NCBI GenBank assembly: GCA_036676495.1
Contig: JAKFCT010000001.1
Location: 13,526 to 77,525, forward strand
DNA length: 64,000 bases
Reading direction: 5' to 3'
From: Candidatus Sericytochromatia bacterium
Lineage (GTDB): Bacteria > Cyanobacteriota > Sericytochromatia > S15B-MN24 > UBA4093
Both the position numbers and the translations under genes were made by a program. The notes under the pieces are model-generated. The model had not been told where the DNA came from. It was given only the letters and a program-made list of their open reading frames with translations, and made no database searches. Shown piece after piece: positions 16,748 to 24,718 of the stretch (positions are counted from its first letter, which is position 1; each line of letters begins with the position of its first letter).

Positions 16748-17275
16748 CTAGCGGGTGATCTCGACCTGCAAGGCGTCGTTGACGCGGTTGAAGTAGTTGA
16801 ACAAGCCGATGACGGAGACCAACTCCACGATCTCGGAGTCGGTGAAATGGGAGGCGAGCTCGGCCCAAAGCGTGTCGTCGACCCGCTTCGCGTCCCGCGT
16901 CATCTGCTCGGCCAAGGCGAGCGCGGCCTTTTCGGCCGGGGTGAATGCGCCCGAAGCCTCCCAGGCCTCCAGCTCGGCGATGGTCTCATCGGTGGCGCCC
17001 AGCTGCTTCAGCAAGGCCGTATGGGAGGCCAGGCAGTAGGCACAGGCGTTGACCTGGCTGACCCGGACGGTGAGCATCTCCTTGAGCCGGACAGGAACCG
17101 TCCCGGAGGTGAAGACCGCGCGCATGTGAGCGGCGGCCGTGGTCATGATCGCAGGCACCATGGCCAGCGTGCGAAACATGTTGGGGACGTTGCCGCGCTG
17201 TGCCTGGAAGGCATCGAAGACGGCCCGGGAGTCGGGATCGACTTCCGCGACCTCGAGGGGGCGAATACGGGGCAT
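16748..17275 (-). CDS. Carboxymuconolactone decarboxylase / AhpD-like peroxidase-related protein
   Basis: 175-aa ORF with the NACAYCLASH (CxxC-x-x-H) motif. Confidence 0.85.
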   Translation of the reverse strand: MPRIRPLEVAEVDPDSRAVFDAFQAQRGNVPNMFRTLAMVPAIMTTAAAHMRAVFTSGTVPVRLKEMLTVRVSQVNACAYCLASHTALLKQLGATDETIAELEAWEASGAFTPAEKAALALAEQMTRDAKRVDDTLWAELASHFTDSEIVELVSVIGLFNYFNRVNDALQVEITR

Positions 17276-17285
17276 GGGGGCTCCT

Positions 17286-18218
17286 TTACTTGAGGGGGAT
17301 TCCGGCGGCCTGCGCCGCGTTCTTCAGTTGTTCCAACCCGTCGGCGGGCCGCAGGATCGTGATCGCTTCCGCGGTCTTGCGCGGATCGATGCCGCCGTAG
17401 ACGATGCCCTCGATCAGCTTGCTGGACTCCTTGGGGCCGATGTTCTCCTTGACGATCCGGTTGACCGTGAGGTGAGGAAGATCGAAGTAGGTGACGCGCG
17501 ACTCCTTGAACGCCTCGCGAGCATTCAGGCGCTTGGCGAAGAAGTTGTGGTTGCCGTCCGAGAAGAGGACCCGGCCCGCCAGTTCGGCCTCCTTGTACTG
17601 GACCGTGAGGTTTCCGTACTTGGCGATGTCCTGGGCGTACTTCTTGTTGCCGCCCACCGTGACATAGAGCGGATTGTGCTCGCGTAGTCCCAGGCGGATA
17701 TCCGCCAGGTTGCGGCCCGCGACGTAGGAGACGCCCTTGCTGTCGATCTGGGTTTTCAAGGGCAGATCGTAGAGCGAGCGAATCTTCCCTTCGTTGAGCG
17801 CGTTGCTGAAGGAGAGGTTGGTGTAATTGGCCGCGATGACCTGCTGCTTCTTGAAATGCGTGATGAGGGCGTCGTACTTCGCCTCGGCCTTGACGCGACT
17901 GCCGAATTTCTCGGTAAGGATGCCGAGGGTCTCTTCCTTGTAGCGCGCGGCGTTGGCCTTGCTCTGCTTCCAGGCGGCGGCGACCTCGGGGTGGAGCTCG
18001 ATGCGCGTGGCCTTCACGGGGCGGAACTCGGTCTTGACGAGCTTGAGCTTCTTGCCTTCGATGAGCTGGCGGGCAGACTCGGAGACGAAGAGGGAGTCCT
18101 TGGCGACCTTGCCCGCGATTTCGCGCGTTGCCGTCTTGGCCGCATCGTCGCTCACCGAGCTGAACGACTGGCGCATCCAGGTCCGAAGGCCTTCCATCCC
18201 CTGACGCACGACGCTCAT
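17286..18218 (-). CDS. Hypothetical Lys-rich protein (310 aa), no recognisable family
   Basis: ATG 18218 lies 6 nt after AGGAGG; the track's TTG start at 18233 is less likely. Stop is 10 nt before the AhpD-like start. Composition is visibly more A/T- and Lys-rich than neighbouring genes. Confidence 0.65.
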   Translation of the reverse strand: MSVVRQGMEGLRTWMRQSFSSVSDDAAKTATREIAGKVAKDSLFVSESARQLIEGKKLKLVKTEFRPVKATRIELHPEVAAAWKQSKANAARYKEETLGILTEKFGSRVKAEAKYDALITHFKKQQVIAANYTNLSFSNALNEGKIRSLYDLPLKTQIDSKGVSYVAGRNLADIRLGLREHNPLYVTVGGNKKYAQDIAKYGNLTVQYKEAELAGRVLFSDGNHNFFAKRLNAREAFKESRVTYFDLPHLTVNRIVKENIGPKESSKLIEGIVYGGIDPRKTAEAITILRPADGLEQLKNAAQAAGIPLK

Positions 18219-18489
18219 CGTCACCTCCTGCAAACAGCTTCTTAACGATCTCTGTACCTATCGACCGAGGAGGGGAGAACTTTCTTGTCGACGCTCTAAG
18301 AATGCTTTAAGGCTCCGAGCCGAAGGACGGACAGTGAGCGACGGAGCGGGTTGACCCTGGAACGAAACCCGATCAATAGCTTAAAGATGCGCTAAGTAGT
18401 TTTCTCTGTTATCCTCTACACAGGCAACGGCGCCATCCTCCGGTGGGACTCAGAGGGCTCGAGAGGTTCAGGACCTCCGGGCTTGCGCT

Positions 18490-18519
18490 TTGCCGAACTT
18501 CATCAAAGCGTGTTACGAT
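18490..18519 (+). promoter_or_regulatory. Candidate promoter for the 2-oxoacid dehydrogenase operon
   Basis: TTGCCG, 18-nt spacer, TACGAT (the same -10 hexamer as the tRNA promoter), about 78 nt upstream of ATG 18597. Confidence 0.35.
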
Positions 18520-18596
18520 CCACCGGCAGGCTGGTATCGTCGCAAGGTACGTAAAACGGGGCCTTCAGGCCTCATGTCGTCAAAGGAGCTTTCCCC

Positions 18597-19616
18597 ATGG
18601 TGGATAAGCAGACCGCCCTGGATTGGTACCGCCAGATGGTGCTGATCCGGCGCTTCGAGGAGAAGTGCGCCGAGGGATACGCCTACGCGAAGATTGGCGG
18701 CTTCCTTCACCTCTACATCGGTCAGGAAGCCGTCGCGGTGGGTGCGATCAACGCGCTCAACGACGATGATGACATCGTCACCCACTACCGCGATCACGGG
18801 CATGCGATCGCCCGGGGCCTCGACAGCAACGGCCTGATGGCCGAGCTTTACGGCAAGGAAACCGGATGCAGCAAGGGCCGCGGCGGCTCGATGCACCTCG
18901 CCGATGCCTCCAAGCACATGTGGGGAGGCTACGCCCTGGTTGGCGCCCACCTGCCCCTGGCCGTGGGCATGGCCATGCGGCACCAGTACACCGGTAGCAA
19001 GCAGGTCGCCATCGCCTTCTTCGGCGACGGCAGCACCAACAACGGTGGCTTCCACGAGTCGCTCAACATGGCGGCCGTCTACAAGCTCCCCGTGATCTTC
19101 ATGATCGAGAACAACCTCTACTCGATGGGCGTGGCCATCCACCGCGACTCGGCAATCGAGGATCTCCACAAGCGCTCCGTCGCTTACGGCATCCACGGCG
19201 AGGCCGTCGACGGCATGGATCCCCTGGCGATGTACGAGGCCACCCAGCGGGCGGCCGAGCGCTGCCGCAACGGCGAAGGCCCGGTGCTGCTGGAGGCCAA
19301 GACCTACCGCTTCCGCGGGCACTCCATGGCCGACCCCGAGTACTACCGCAACAAGGAAGAAGTCGAGTTCTGGCGCCAGCGCGACCCGATCGCCAACTGG
19401 AAGAAGAAGCTTCTCGACGACGGCATCGCCACCGAGGACGAGCTCAAGGCCCTCGACGAGTCCGTGGAGCGGGAAATGGACGAGGCGGTGCGCTTCGCGG
19501 ACGAGAGCCCCGATCCGGCGCTGTCCACGCTCTGCGATTACCTGTACGCGACCCCCGTGGAGAACGGCGACCTCTGCCGTCAACAGCAGGCTGACAAGCC
19601 TGACTACGCCCAATAG
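18597..19616 (+). CDS. pdhA: Pyruvate (2-oxoacid) dehydrogenase E1 alpha subunit
   Basis: 339-aa ORF. IRRFEEKCAEGYAYAKIGGFLHLYIGQEA and the TPP-binding GDGSTNNG motif are present. Confidence 0.9.
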   Translation: MVDKQTALDWYRQMVLIRRFEEKCAEGYAYAKIGGFLHLYIGQEAVAVGAINALNDDDDIVTHYRDHGHAIARGLDSNGLMAELYGKETGCSKGRGGSMHLADASKHMWGGYALVGAHLPLAVGMAMRHQYTGSKQVAIAFFGDGSTNNGGFHESLNMAAVYKLPVIFMIENNLYSMGVAIHRDSAIEDLHKRSVAYGIHGEAVDGMDPLAMYEATQRAAERCRNGEGPVLLEAKTYRFRGHSMADPEYYRNKEEVEFWRQRDPIANWKKKLLDDGIATEDELKALDESVEREMDEAVRFADESPDPALSTLCDYLYATPVENGDLCRQQQADKPDYAQ

Positions 19617-19628
19617 GAGAGCCTCGCC

Positions 19629-20600
19629 ATGCCCGTCATTACTTACCGTGAAGCCCTGCGCCAGGCCCTGCGCGAGGAAATGCTCCGCGACGACTCCGTC
19701 TTCATCCTGGGCGAGGACATCGCCTACTACGGCGGATCTTACGGCGTGACCAAGGGATTCGTCGAAGAGTTCGGCGAGAAGCGGATCAAGGACACCCCGA
19801 TCTCGGAGACCGCGATCATCGGTGCCGCCACCGGCGCCGCCATGACCGGCCTGCGCCCGATCGCCGAGATCATGAGCTTCAACTTCATCCTCCAGGCGAT
19901 GGATCAGATCGTCAACCACTCGGCGAAGATCCACTACATGTTCGGCGGCCAGATGCAGGTGCCCATGGTCATCCGCACCCCGGCCGGCTGGAGCCAGCTG
20001 TCTGCGACCCACTCCCAGACGCTCGAGCCCCTGTTCGCCTACATCCCCGGCCTCAAGGTCGTCATGCCCAGCACCCCCTATGATGCGAAGGGCCTCCTGA
20101 AGGCCGCCATCCGGGACAACGACCCGGTGCTCTTCATCGAGCACGCGCTGATCTACGCCACCAAGGGCGAGGTCCCCGAAGAGGAGTACGTCATTCCCAT
20201 CGGCAAGTCGGTCGTGCGCCGGCCCGGCAAGGACGTCACCATCGTCTCCTTCTCGCGCATGGCGCTGGAATCGGTGGCGGCGGCCGAGGAGCTGGCCAAA
20301 GAAGGCATCGACTGCGAGATCATCGACCTTCGCTCCCTGCGTCCGCTGGACATGGGTCCGGTGCTCGAGTCGCTGAAGAAGACCAACCGGGTGGTCGTGG
20401 CCGAAGAGGGCTGGAAGTCCCACGGCATCGGCGCCGAGGTCTCCGCGCGCATCATGGAAGAGGGCTTCGACTTCCTCGACGCTCCGGTCAAGCGCGTGGC
20501 GGGCATCGAGATTCCCGATCCCTACAACAAGCACCTCGAGTACCAGGCTTTCCCCCACAAGGCGGACGTCATCAAGGCCGTGCGGGAAGTTCTCAAGTAG
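19629..20600 (+). CDS. pdhB: Pyruvate (2-oxoacid) dehydrogenase E1 beta subunit
   Basis: 323-aa ORF. ITYREALRQALREEM, IKDTPISE and the transketolase-like C-terminal domain are present. Confidence 0.9.
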   Translation: MPVITYREALRQALREEMLRDDSVFILGEDIAYYGGSYGVTKGFVEEFGEKRIKDTPISETAIIGAATGAAMTGLRPIAEIMSFNFILQAMDQIVNHSAKIHYMFGGQMQVPMVIRTPAGWSQLSATHSQTLEPLFAYIPGLKVVMPSTPYDAKGLLKAAIRDNDPVLFIEHALIYATKGEVPEEEYVIPIGKSVVRRPGKDVTIVSFSRMALESVAAAEELAKEGIDCEIIDLRSLRPLDMGPVLESLKKTNRVVVAEEGWKSHGIGAEVSARIMEEGFDFLDAPVKRVAGIEIPDPYNKHLEYQAFPHKADVIKAVREVLK

Positions 20601-20626
20601 CCCAAGTCAACATAAAGAGGTAAATC

Positions 20627-21964
20627 ATGGCCACGAACGTGCTCATGCCCAAGATGGGCTACGACATGACCGAGGGGAAGATTCTCCGCTGGCTCAAGCA
20701 GGAAGGCGATGCCGTCAACAAGGGCGAGCCGATCGCCGAAATCCAGACCGACAAGGTGAACATCGAAATCGAAGCGTTCGCCGGGGGCGTGCTCGCCAAG
20801 ATCCTTCACGGGGCTGACGAGGACGTGGCGGTCGGCGAGGTCATCGGCATCATCGCCGCGCCGGGCGAGAAGGTGGAAGCTCCCAGCAAGGCCCCCAGCG
20901 CGGGGCAGGCGCTCGCCAACAACGGCTCGGGCCTCGACATGGCCCAGTCCGGCGAAGGCGGCGAGGCCGTCGGCCTTGGAGTCGGCGCCGGAACGGGCGC
21001 CAAGGCCAACGCGACCGTCGCCCCCTCGGCGGCGATCGAAGAGCCCAGCCGGGTCAAGCAGGCCAACGCCGACGCCCAGCGGGCAGCCGAGGGAGCTCAT
21101 GCTCCGGCTCGCCGCGAGGGCGAGCGCGTGAAGGCTTCGCCCCTGGCCAAGAAGATGGCCGCCGCTCAGGGCGTCGAACTGGCAGAAGTGCCGGGGACGG
21201 GCCCTGGAGGCCGGATCGTCAAGCGGGACGTCGAGGGCTACAAGCCGGTCCAGAAGCCCGCGGCGTTCGTGCCCCAGGCCGCGGTCACCGAGGTGCCCCT
21301 CACCCGGATGCGTCAGGCGATCGCCCGCAGGCTCTCCGAGAGCAAGCAGACCGCCCCGCACTTCTACGTCACCAAGGCCATCGACATGACGGAGGCCGTC
21401 GCCTTCCGCGCCCAGGTCAACCAGACCTTGACCGGCGCCCAGAAGGTCTCCTTCAACGACATGGTCATCAAGGCCGTCGCCAAGGCCCTCAAGGCGTTCC
21501 CCAACGTCAACGCCTCCTGGGCCGAGGACCGGATCGTCCAGCATGAGGTCATCAACGTCGGCATGGCCGTCGCGCTGCCCGAAGGCCTGGTCGTTCCCGT
21601 CATCACCGATGCCTACGGCAAGACCCTGTCGCAGATCGCCGAGTCCGCCAAGGACCTGGCGGCTCGCGCCAAGGAGAACCGCCTGCGTCCCGACGAGTTC
21701 TCGGGCGGCACCTGCACCATCAGCAACCTCGGCATGTTCGACGTCGAGTCCTTCACCGCCATCATCAACCCGCCGGAGTCGGCGATCCTGGCGGTCGGCT
21801 CCATCGTCAAGGAGCCCGTGGTCATCAACGACGAAGTGGTCGTGCGCTCGATGATGCGCATCACCATCTCCAGCGATCACCGGGTGATCGACGGGGCGCT
21901 CGCGGCTCAGTTCCTCGGTGAGGTCAAGCGCCTCCTCGAGACTCCGCTGCTCTTGGTGGTGTAG
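20627..21964 (+). CDS. pdhC: Dihydrolipoamide acyltransferase E2
   Basis: 445-aa ORF. Lipoyl domain with EIQTDKVNIEIEA, an Ala/Gly linker, an E3-binding segment (SPLAKKMA) and the catalytic DHRVIDGA motif. Confidence 0.9.
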   Translation: MATNVLMPKMGYDMTEGKILRWLKQEGDAVNKGEPIAEIQTDKVNIEIEAFAGGVLAKILHGADEDVAVGEVIGIIAAPGEKVEAPSKAPSAGQALANNGSGLDMAQSGEGGEAVGLGVGAGTGAKANATVAPSAAIEEPSRVKQANADAQRAAEGAHAPARREGERVKASPLAKKMAAAQGVELAEVPGTGPGGRIVKRDVEGYKPVQKPAAFVPQAAVTEVPLTRMRQAIARRLSESKQTAPHFYVTKAIDMTEAVAFRAQVNQTLTGAQKVSFNDMVIKAVAKALKAFPNVNASWAEDRIVQHEVINVGMAVALPEGLVVPVITDAYGKTLSQIAESAKDLAARAKENRLRPDEFSGGTCTISNLGMFDVESFTAIINPPESAILAVGSIVKEPVVINDEVVVRSMMRITISSDHRVIDGALAAQFLGEVKRLLETPLLLVV

Positions 21965-21966
21965 TC

Positions 21967-23364
21967 ATGAGCCAGTACGACGTCGTCGTGATCGGCGCGG
22001 GCCCCGGCGGATACGTTTCCGCCATCCGCGCCGCCCAGCTGGGTCTCAAGACCGCGGTGATCGAGGACTCCAAGATCGCCGGCCTCGGAGGCGTCTGCAA
22101 CCAGTGGGGTTGCATTCCCTCCAAGGCGGTCCTCAAGAACGCCACCGTCCTCCACACCATCAAGCACGCCGAGGCCTTCGGGATCACGGTGGAGGGCGTG
22201 AAGGCGGATTACTCCAAGGCCATCGATCGCTCCAAGAAGATCGTCGACACCCAGGCCAAGGGCGTCGGCTTCCTCTTCCGCAAGAACAAGATCGACCTAA
22301 TCGAGGAGCGCGGCCGCCTTGCCGGCAAGGGCAAGATCAAGCTCGAGCCCTCCGGCAAGGAGATCACGGCCAAGCACATCATCCTGGCGACCGGTTCGCG
22401 CCCGCGGGTCTTCTTCGACATGAAGCCCGACGGCAAGGTGGTCTTCACCGCCAAGGAGTTCCTGTCGATGCGGGACGTCCCCTCCAGCATGATCGTGCTG
22501 GGGGCCGGCGCCATCGGCATGGAGTTCGCCTACGTGCTCCAGAACTACGGCTGTCAGGTCACCATCCTCGAGATGGCCGATCGCCTGCTGCCCAAGGAAG
22601 ACCCCGAGATCTCGCAGGAGATTGAAAAGGCCTTCAAGAAGCTGGGCGTGAAGTTCCACACCAAGTGCAAGGTCGACAAGGTCGAGCAGAAGGCCGACGG
22701 CGTCACGGTGCATGTCACCGCGGCCGACGGTTCGAAGCAGACGTTCGAGGCCCCCCGCTTGCTCTCGGCCACGGGCATCATCCCCAACTCCCAGAACCTC
22801 GGTCTCGAGGAAACGGGGGTCAAGACGAATGCCCAGGGCTTCGTCGAGGTCGACGCGTCGATGCGGACCAACGTCGCGGGCGTCTACGCCATCGGCGATC
22901 TCACGGGCAAGTATCCGCTCGCCCATGTCGCGTCCGCGCAGGGCATCGTCTGCGTCGAGAAGATTGCGGGCCACCACCCGCAGCCGCTCGACTACAACAA
23001 GATGCCTTCGGCGACCTACTGCGAGCCGCAGGTGGCCTCGATCGGCCTCACCGAGCCCGACGCCAAGGCCAAGGGATATGACGTGAAGGTCGGCAAGTTC
23101 CCCTTCCGTCCCAACGGCAAGGCGCAGGGAATCGGGGAGATCGACGGTTTCATCAAGTTCGTGGTCGACGCCAAGTACGGCGAGATCCTGGGCATCCATA
23201 TGGTGGGGCCCGAGGTCACGGAGATCCTGGGCGAAGCGAGCCTCGCGATGAACCTCGAGGCCACGGCCGAAGAGGTGGATATCACGGTGCACGCGCACCC
23301 GACCCTCTCCGAGGTGTTCAAGGAGGCGGCCTTGGCCGCCGTCGGTCAACCGATCCACATGTAG
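21967..23364 (+). CDS. lpdA: Dihydrolipoyl dehydrogenase E3
   Basis: 465-aa ORF. FAD motif VVVIGAGPGGY, redox disulfide GGVCNQWGCIPSK, and C-terminal HAHPTLSE. Confidence 0.9.
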   Translation: MSQYDVVVIGAGPGGYVSAIRAAQLGLKTAVIEDSKIAGLGGVCNQWGCIPSKAVLKNATVLHTIKHAEAFGITVEGVKADYSKAIDRSKKIVDTQAKGVGFLFRKNKIDLIEERGRLAGKGKIKLEPSGKEITAKHIILATGSRPRVFFDMKPDGKVVFTAKEFLSMRDVPSSMIVLGAGAIGMEFAYVLQNYGCQVTILEMADRLLPKEDPEISQEIEKAFKKLGVKFHTKCKVDKVEQKADGVTVHVTAADGSKQTFEAPRLLSATGIIPNSQNLGLEETGVKTNAQGFVEVDASMRTNVAGVYAIGDLTGKYPLAHVASAQGIVCVEKIAGHHPQPLDYNKMPSATYCEPQVASIGLTEPDAKAKGYDVKVGKFPFRPNGKAQGIGEIDGFIKFVVDAKYGEILGIHMVGPEVTEILGEASLAMNLEATAEEVDITVHAHPTLSEVFKEAALAAVGQPIHM

Positions 23365-23498
23365 CCCTCAGGAGCTGCCGGGAGGCGGCCTTGGCCGCCG
23401 TCGGTCAACCGATCCACATGTAGCCCTCAGAAGCTACCGGGAGGCAGCGCTAGCTGCCGTCGGTCAACCGATCCCCATGTAGCCGCGGCTCACCGGAG
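23322..23498 (+). repeat. 59-bp tandem repeat, 3 copies; copy 1 is the 3' end of lpdA including its stop
   Basis: Units start at 23322, 23381 and 23440. Copies 1 and 2 are near-identical (GGAGGCGGCCTTGGCCGCCGTCGGTCAACCGATCCACATGTAGCCCTCAG...). Copy 3 is diverged but keeps GTCGGTCAACCGATCC-CATGTAGCC. Confidence 0.9.
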
Positions 23499-23509
23499 CG
23501 CGATTCCGC

Positions 23510-23542
23510 GAGAAGGTCCCCCCGTTTCGGGGGGACCTTCTC
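23510..23542. terminator. Bidirectional hairpin terminator
   Basis: GAGAAGGTCCCCCC-GTTTC-GGGGGGACCTTCTC perfect 14-bp stem between lpdA and the convergent gene. Confidence 0.75.
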
Positions 23543-23995
23543 TCAGCTCCAGGGCAACTGCGCGGGCTGTGATTCACCTGGCGTCGATTGGCGACGCTCC
23601 CGCTGCTCTCTCAGCAGCGCCAGTTCGGTCTCGATGGCGTCGAGCCTCGCCGCGAACTCGTCCTGCCGGCGGTTCGCCCGCACGGCCAGGATGGTCGAGA
23701 CCGTCGTCAGCCCGACCACCACTGCGGCGGGAATCACCGGAATGGCCGGAAAGAAGGGAATCACCGATTCGAGCTTCCGGCTCTTCTTCCATTCCCGGCT
23801 CGCGGTTTTCCGCAAGGGCTTGGCGGTATGCCGGGCCTCACGAACGCCGCGCGACCAGCTCGTACGCAGCCAGTGCTGCGCCCGATCCATGCCCCGGGTA
23901 ATCAGCTGGTCTCCGACCATGGAGACCAGCAACGCAGGAACGGCGGTAGTCAAACGATCCGTCGGGCTGCGCCGACGGTTCAAGATCGTGGCCAT
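23543..23995 (-). CDS. Hypothetical membrane protein
   Basis: 150-aa ORF with an AAGGAGG RBS. One TM segment (IPFFPAIPVIPAAVVVGLTTVSTILAV) followed by a coiled-coil-like tail. Confidence 0.6.
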   Translation of the reverse strand: MATILNRRRSPTDRLTTAVPALLVSMVGDQLITRGMDRAQHWLRTSWSRGVREARHTAKPLRKTASREWKKSRKLESVIPFFPAIPVIPAAVVVGLTTVSTILAVRANRRQDEFAARLDAIETELALLREQRERRQSTPGESQPAQLPWS

Positions 23996-24008
23996 CGGCC
24001 ACCTCCTT

Positions 24009-24539
24009 TCAGCGGCGGATCAGGGTCTGAACCAGACGGAGGGTGCGGCTGGCCAGATCTCCGAGCGAATGCGACACGCCCTCAGCGGTTTCCTCGATGC
24101 GCTCCCGGGCCTCTCCGACGATGCTCTCCTCCGACTCCGATTCCTGGGCCTTCGCTTGGGGCTGCGCTTGTCCGCGCTCTTTCAGCTCCGCGGCATGCGT
24201 GGGAAGCCGACGCTCTTGCCGGGGCTCGGTGGGGAAACCCGAATCCAGCCAGGCGTTCCAGCCGCCTTGGAGCGCTTCGGCGCAATAGCCCGCCGCCTGA
24301 AGGGCGTCCGCGACCTTGAGGGTGGCATCATCCTGTTCCTGGTTGCCGTAGACCACGATCTCGACGTCATGCCCCAGGTTGAAGAGATGCGGGTTGATGT
24401 CGCGGGCATCGAGGTGAATGGCCCCGGGAATCATGCGATCGCTGTCGCAGAACCCTCCTCGCACGTCGATGAGCAGTAACGCCTGTCCCGCGTCCATCTT
24501 GCGCTTCAGGTCCCTGACCGAGAGGCGGTGCGTGATCAT
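24009..24539 (-). CDS. Rhodanese-homology domain protein lacking the catalytic Cys, with an acidic C-terminal extension
   Basis: ATG 24539 follows AAGGAGG. LLIDVRG...IPGAIHL...IVVYGNQEQDD shows Gly at the position where active rhodaneses have Cys. Confidence 0.7.
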   Translation of the reverse strand: MITHRLSVRDLKRKMDAGQALLLIDVRGGFCDSDRMIPGAIHLDARDINPHLFNLGHDVEIVVYGNQEQDDATLKVADALQAAGYCAEALQGGWNAWLDSGFPTEPRQERRLPTHAAELKERGQAQPQAKAQESESEESIVGEARERIEETAEGVSHSLGDLASRTLRLVQTLIRR

Positions 24540-24636
24540 CCAACACCTCCTTAGAGCCGTAAAAGTCACTCGAACGGCATGGCCCGAGCGCTCTGCGGTT
24601 CATCCTAGCCCAAGTCCGGCACGGATTCGAGCGTCG

Positions 24637-24689
24637 AGGAGGGGTTTATTGGCGCCGCTCGTTCGTTGCGATGGCAATAAACCCCTCCT
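24637..24689. promoter_or_regulatory. 15-bp perfect inverted repeat overlapping a core promoter (operator candidate)
   Basis: AGGAGGGGTTTATTG (24637-24651) and CAATAAACCCCTCCT (24675-24689) are separated by 23 nt. Confidence 0.35.
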
Positions 24690-24694
24690 ATGAT
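24666..24694 (+). promoter_or_regulatory. Sigma-70-like promoter for the SDR/NDUFA9-like gene
   Basis: TTGCGA, 17-nt spacer, TATGAT, 25 nt upstream of ATG 24719. Confidence 0.5.
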
Positions 24695-24718
24695 GGGGCG
24701 GAGTAGAAAGGAGCGCCC

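Noticed and set aside
18513-20558. 681-aa minus-strand ORF.
   Set aside because: It is antisense to pdhA and pdhB, which have unambiguous E1 motifs.
23322-23498. Possible miniature CRISPR array.
   Set aside because: The units are directly contiguous with no unique spacers. The first unit is coding sequence, and no cas genes are present anywhere in the window.
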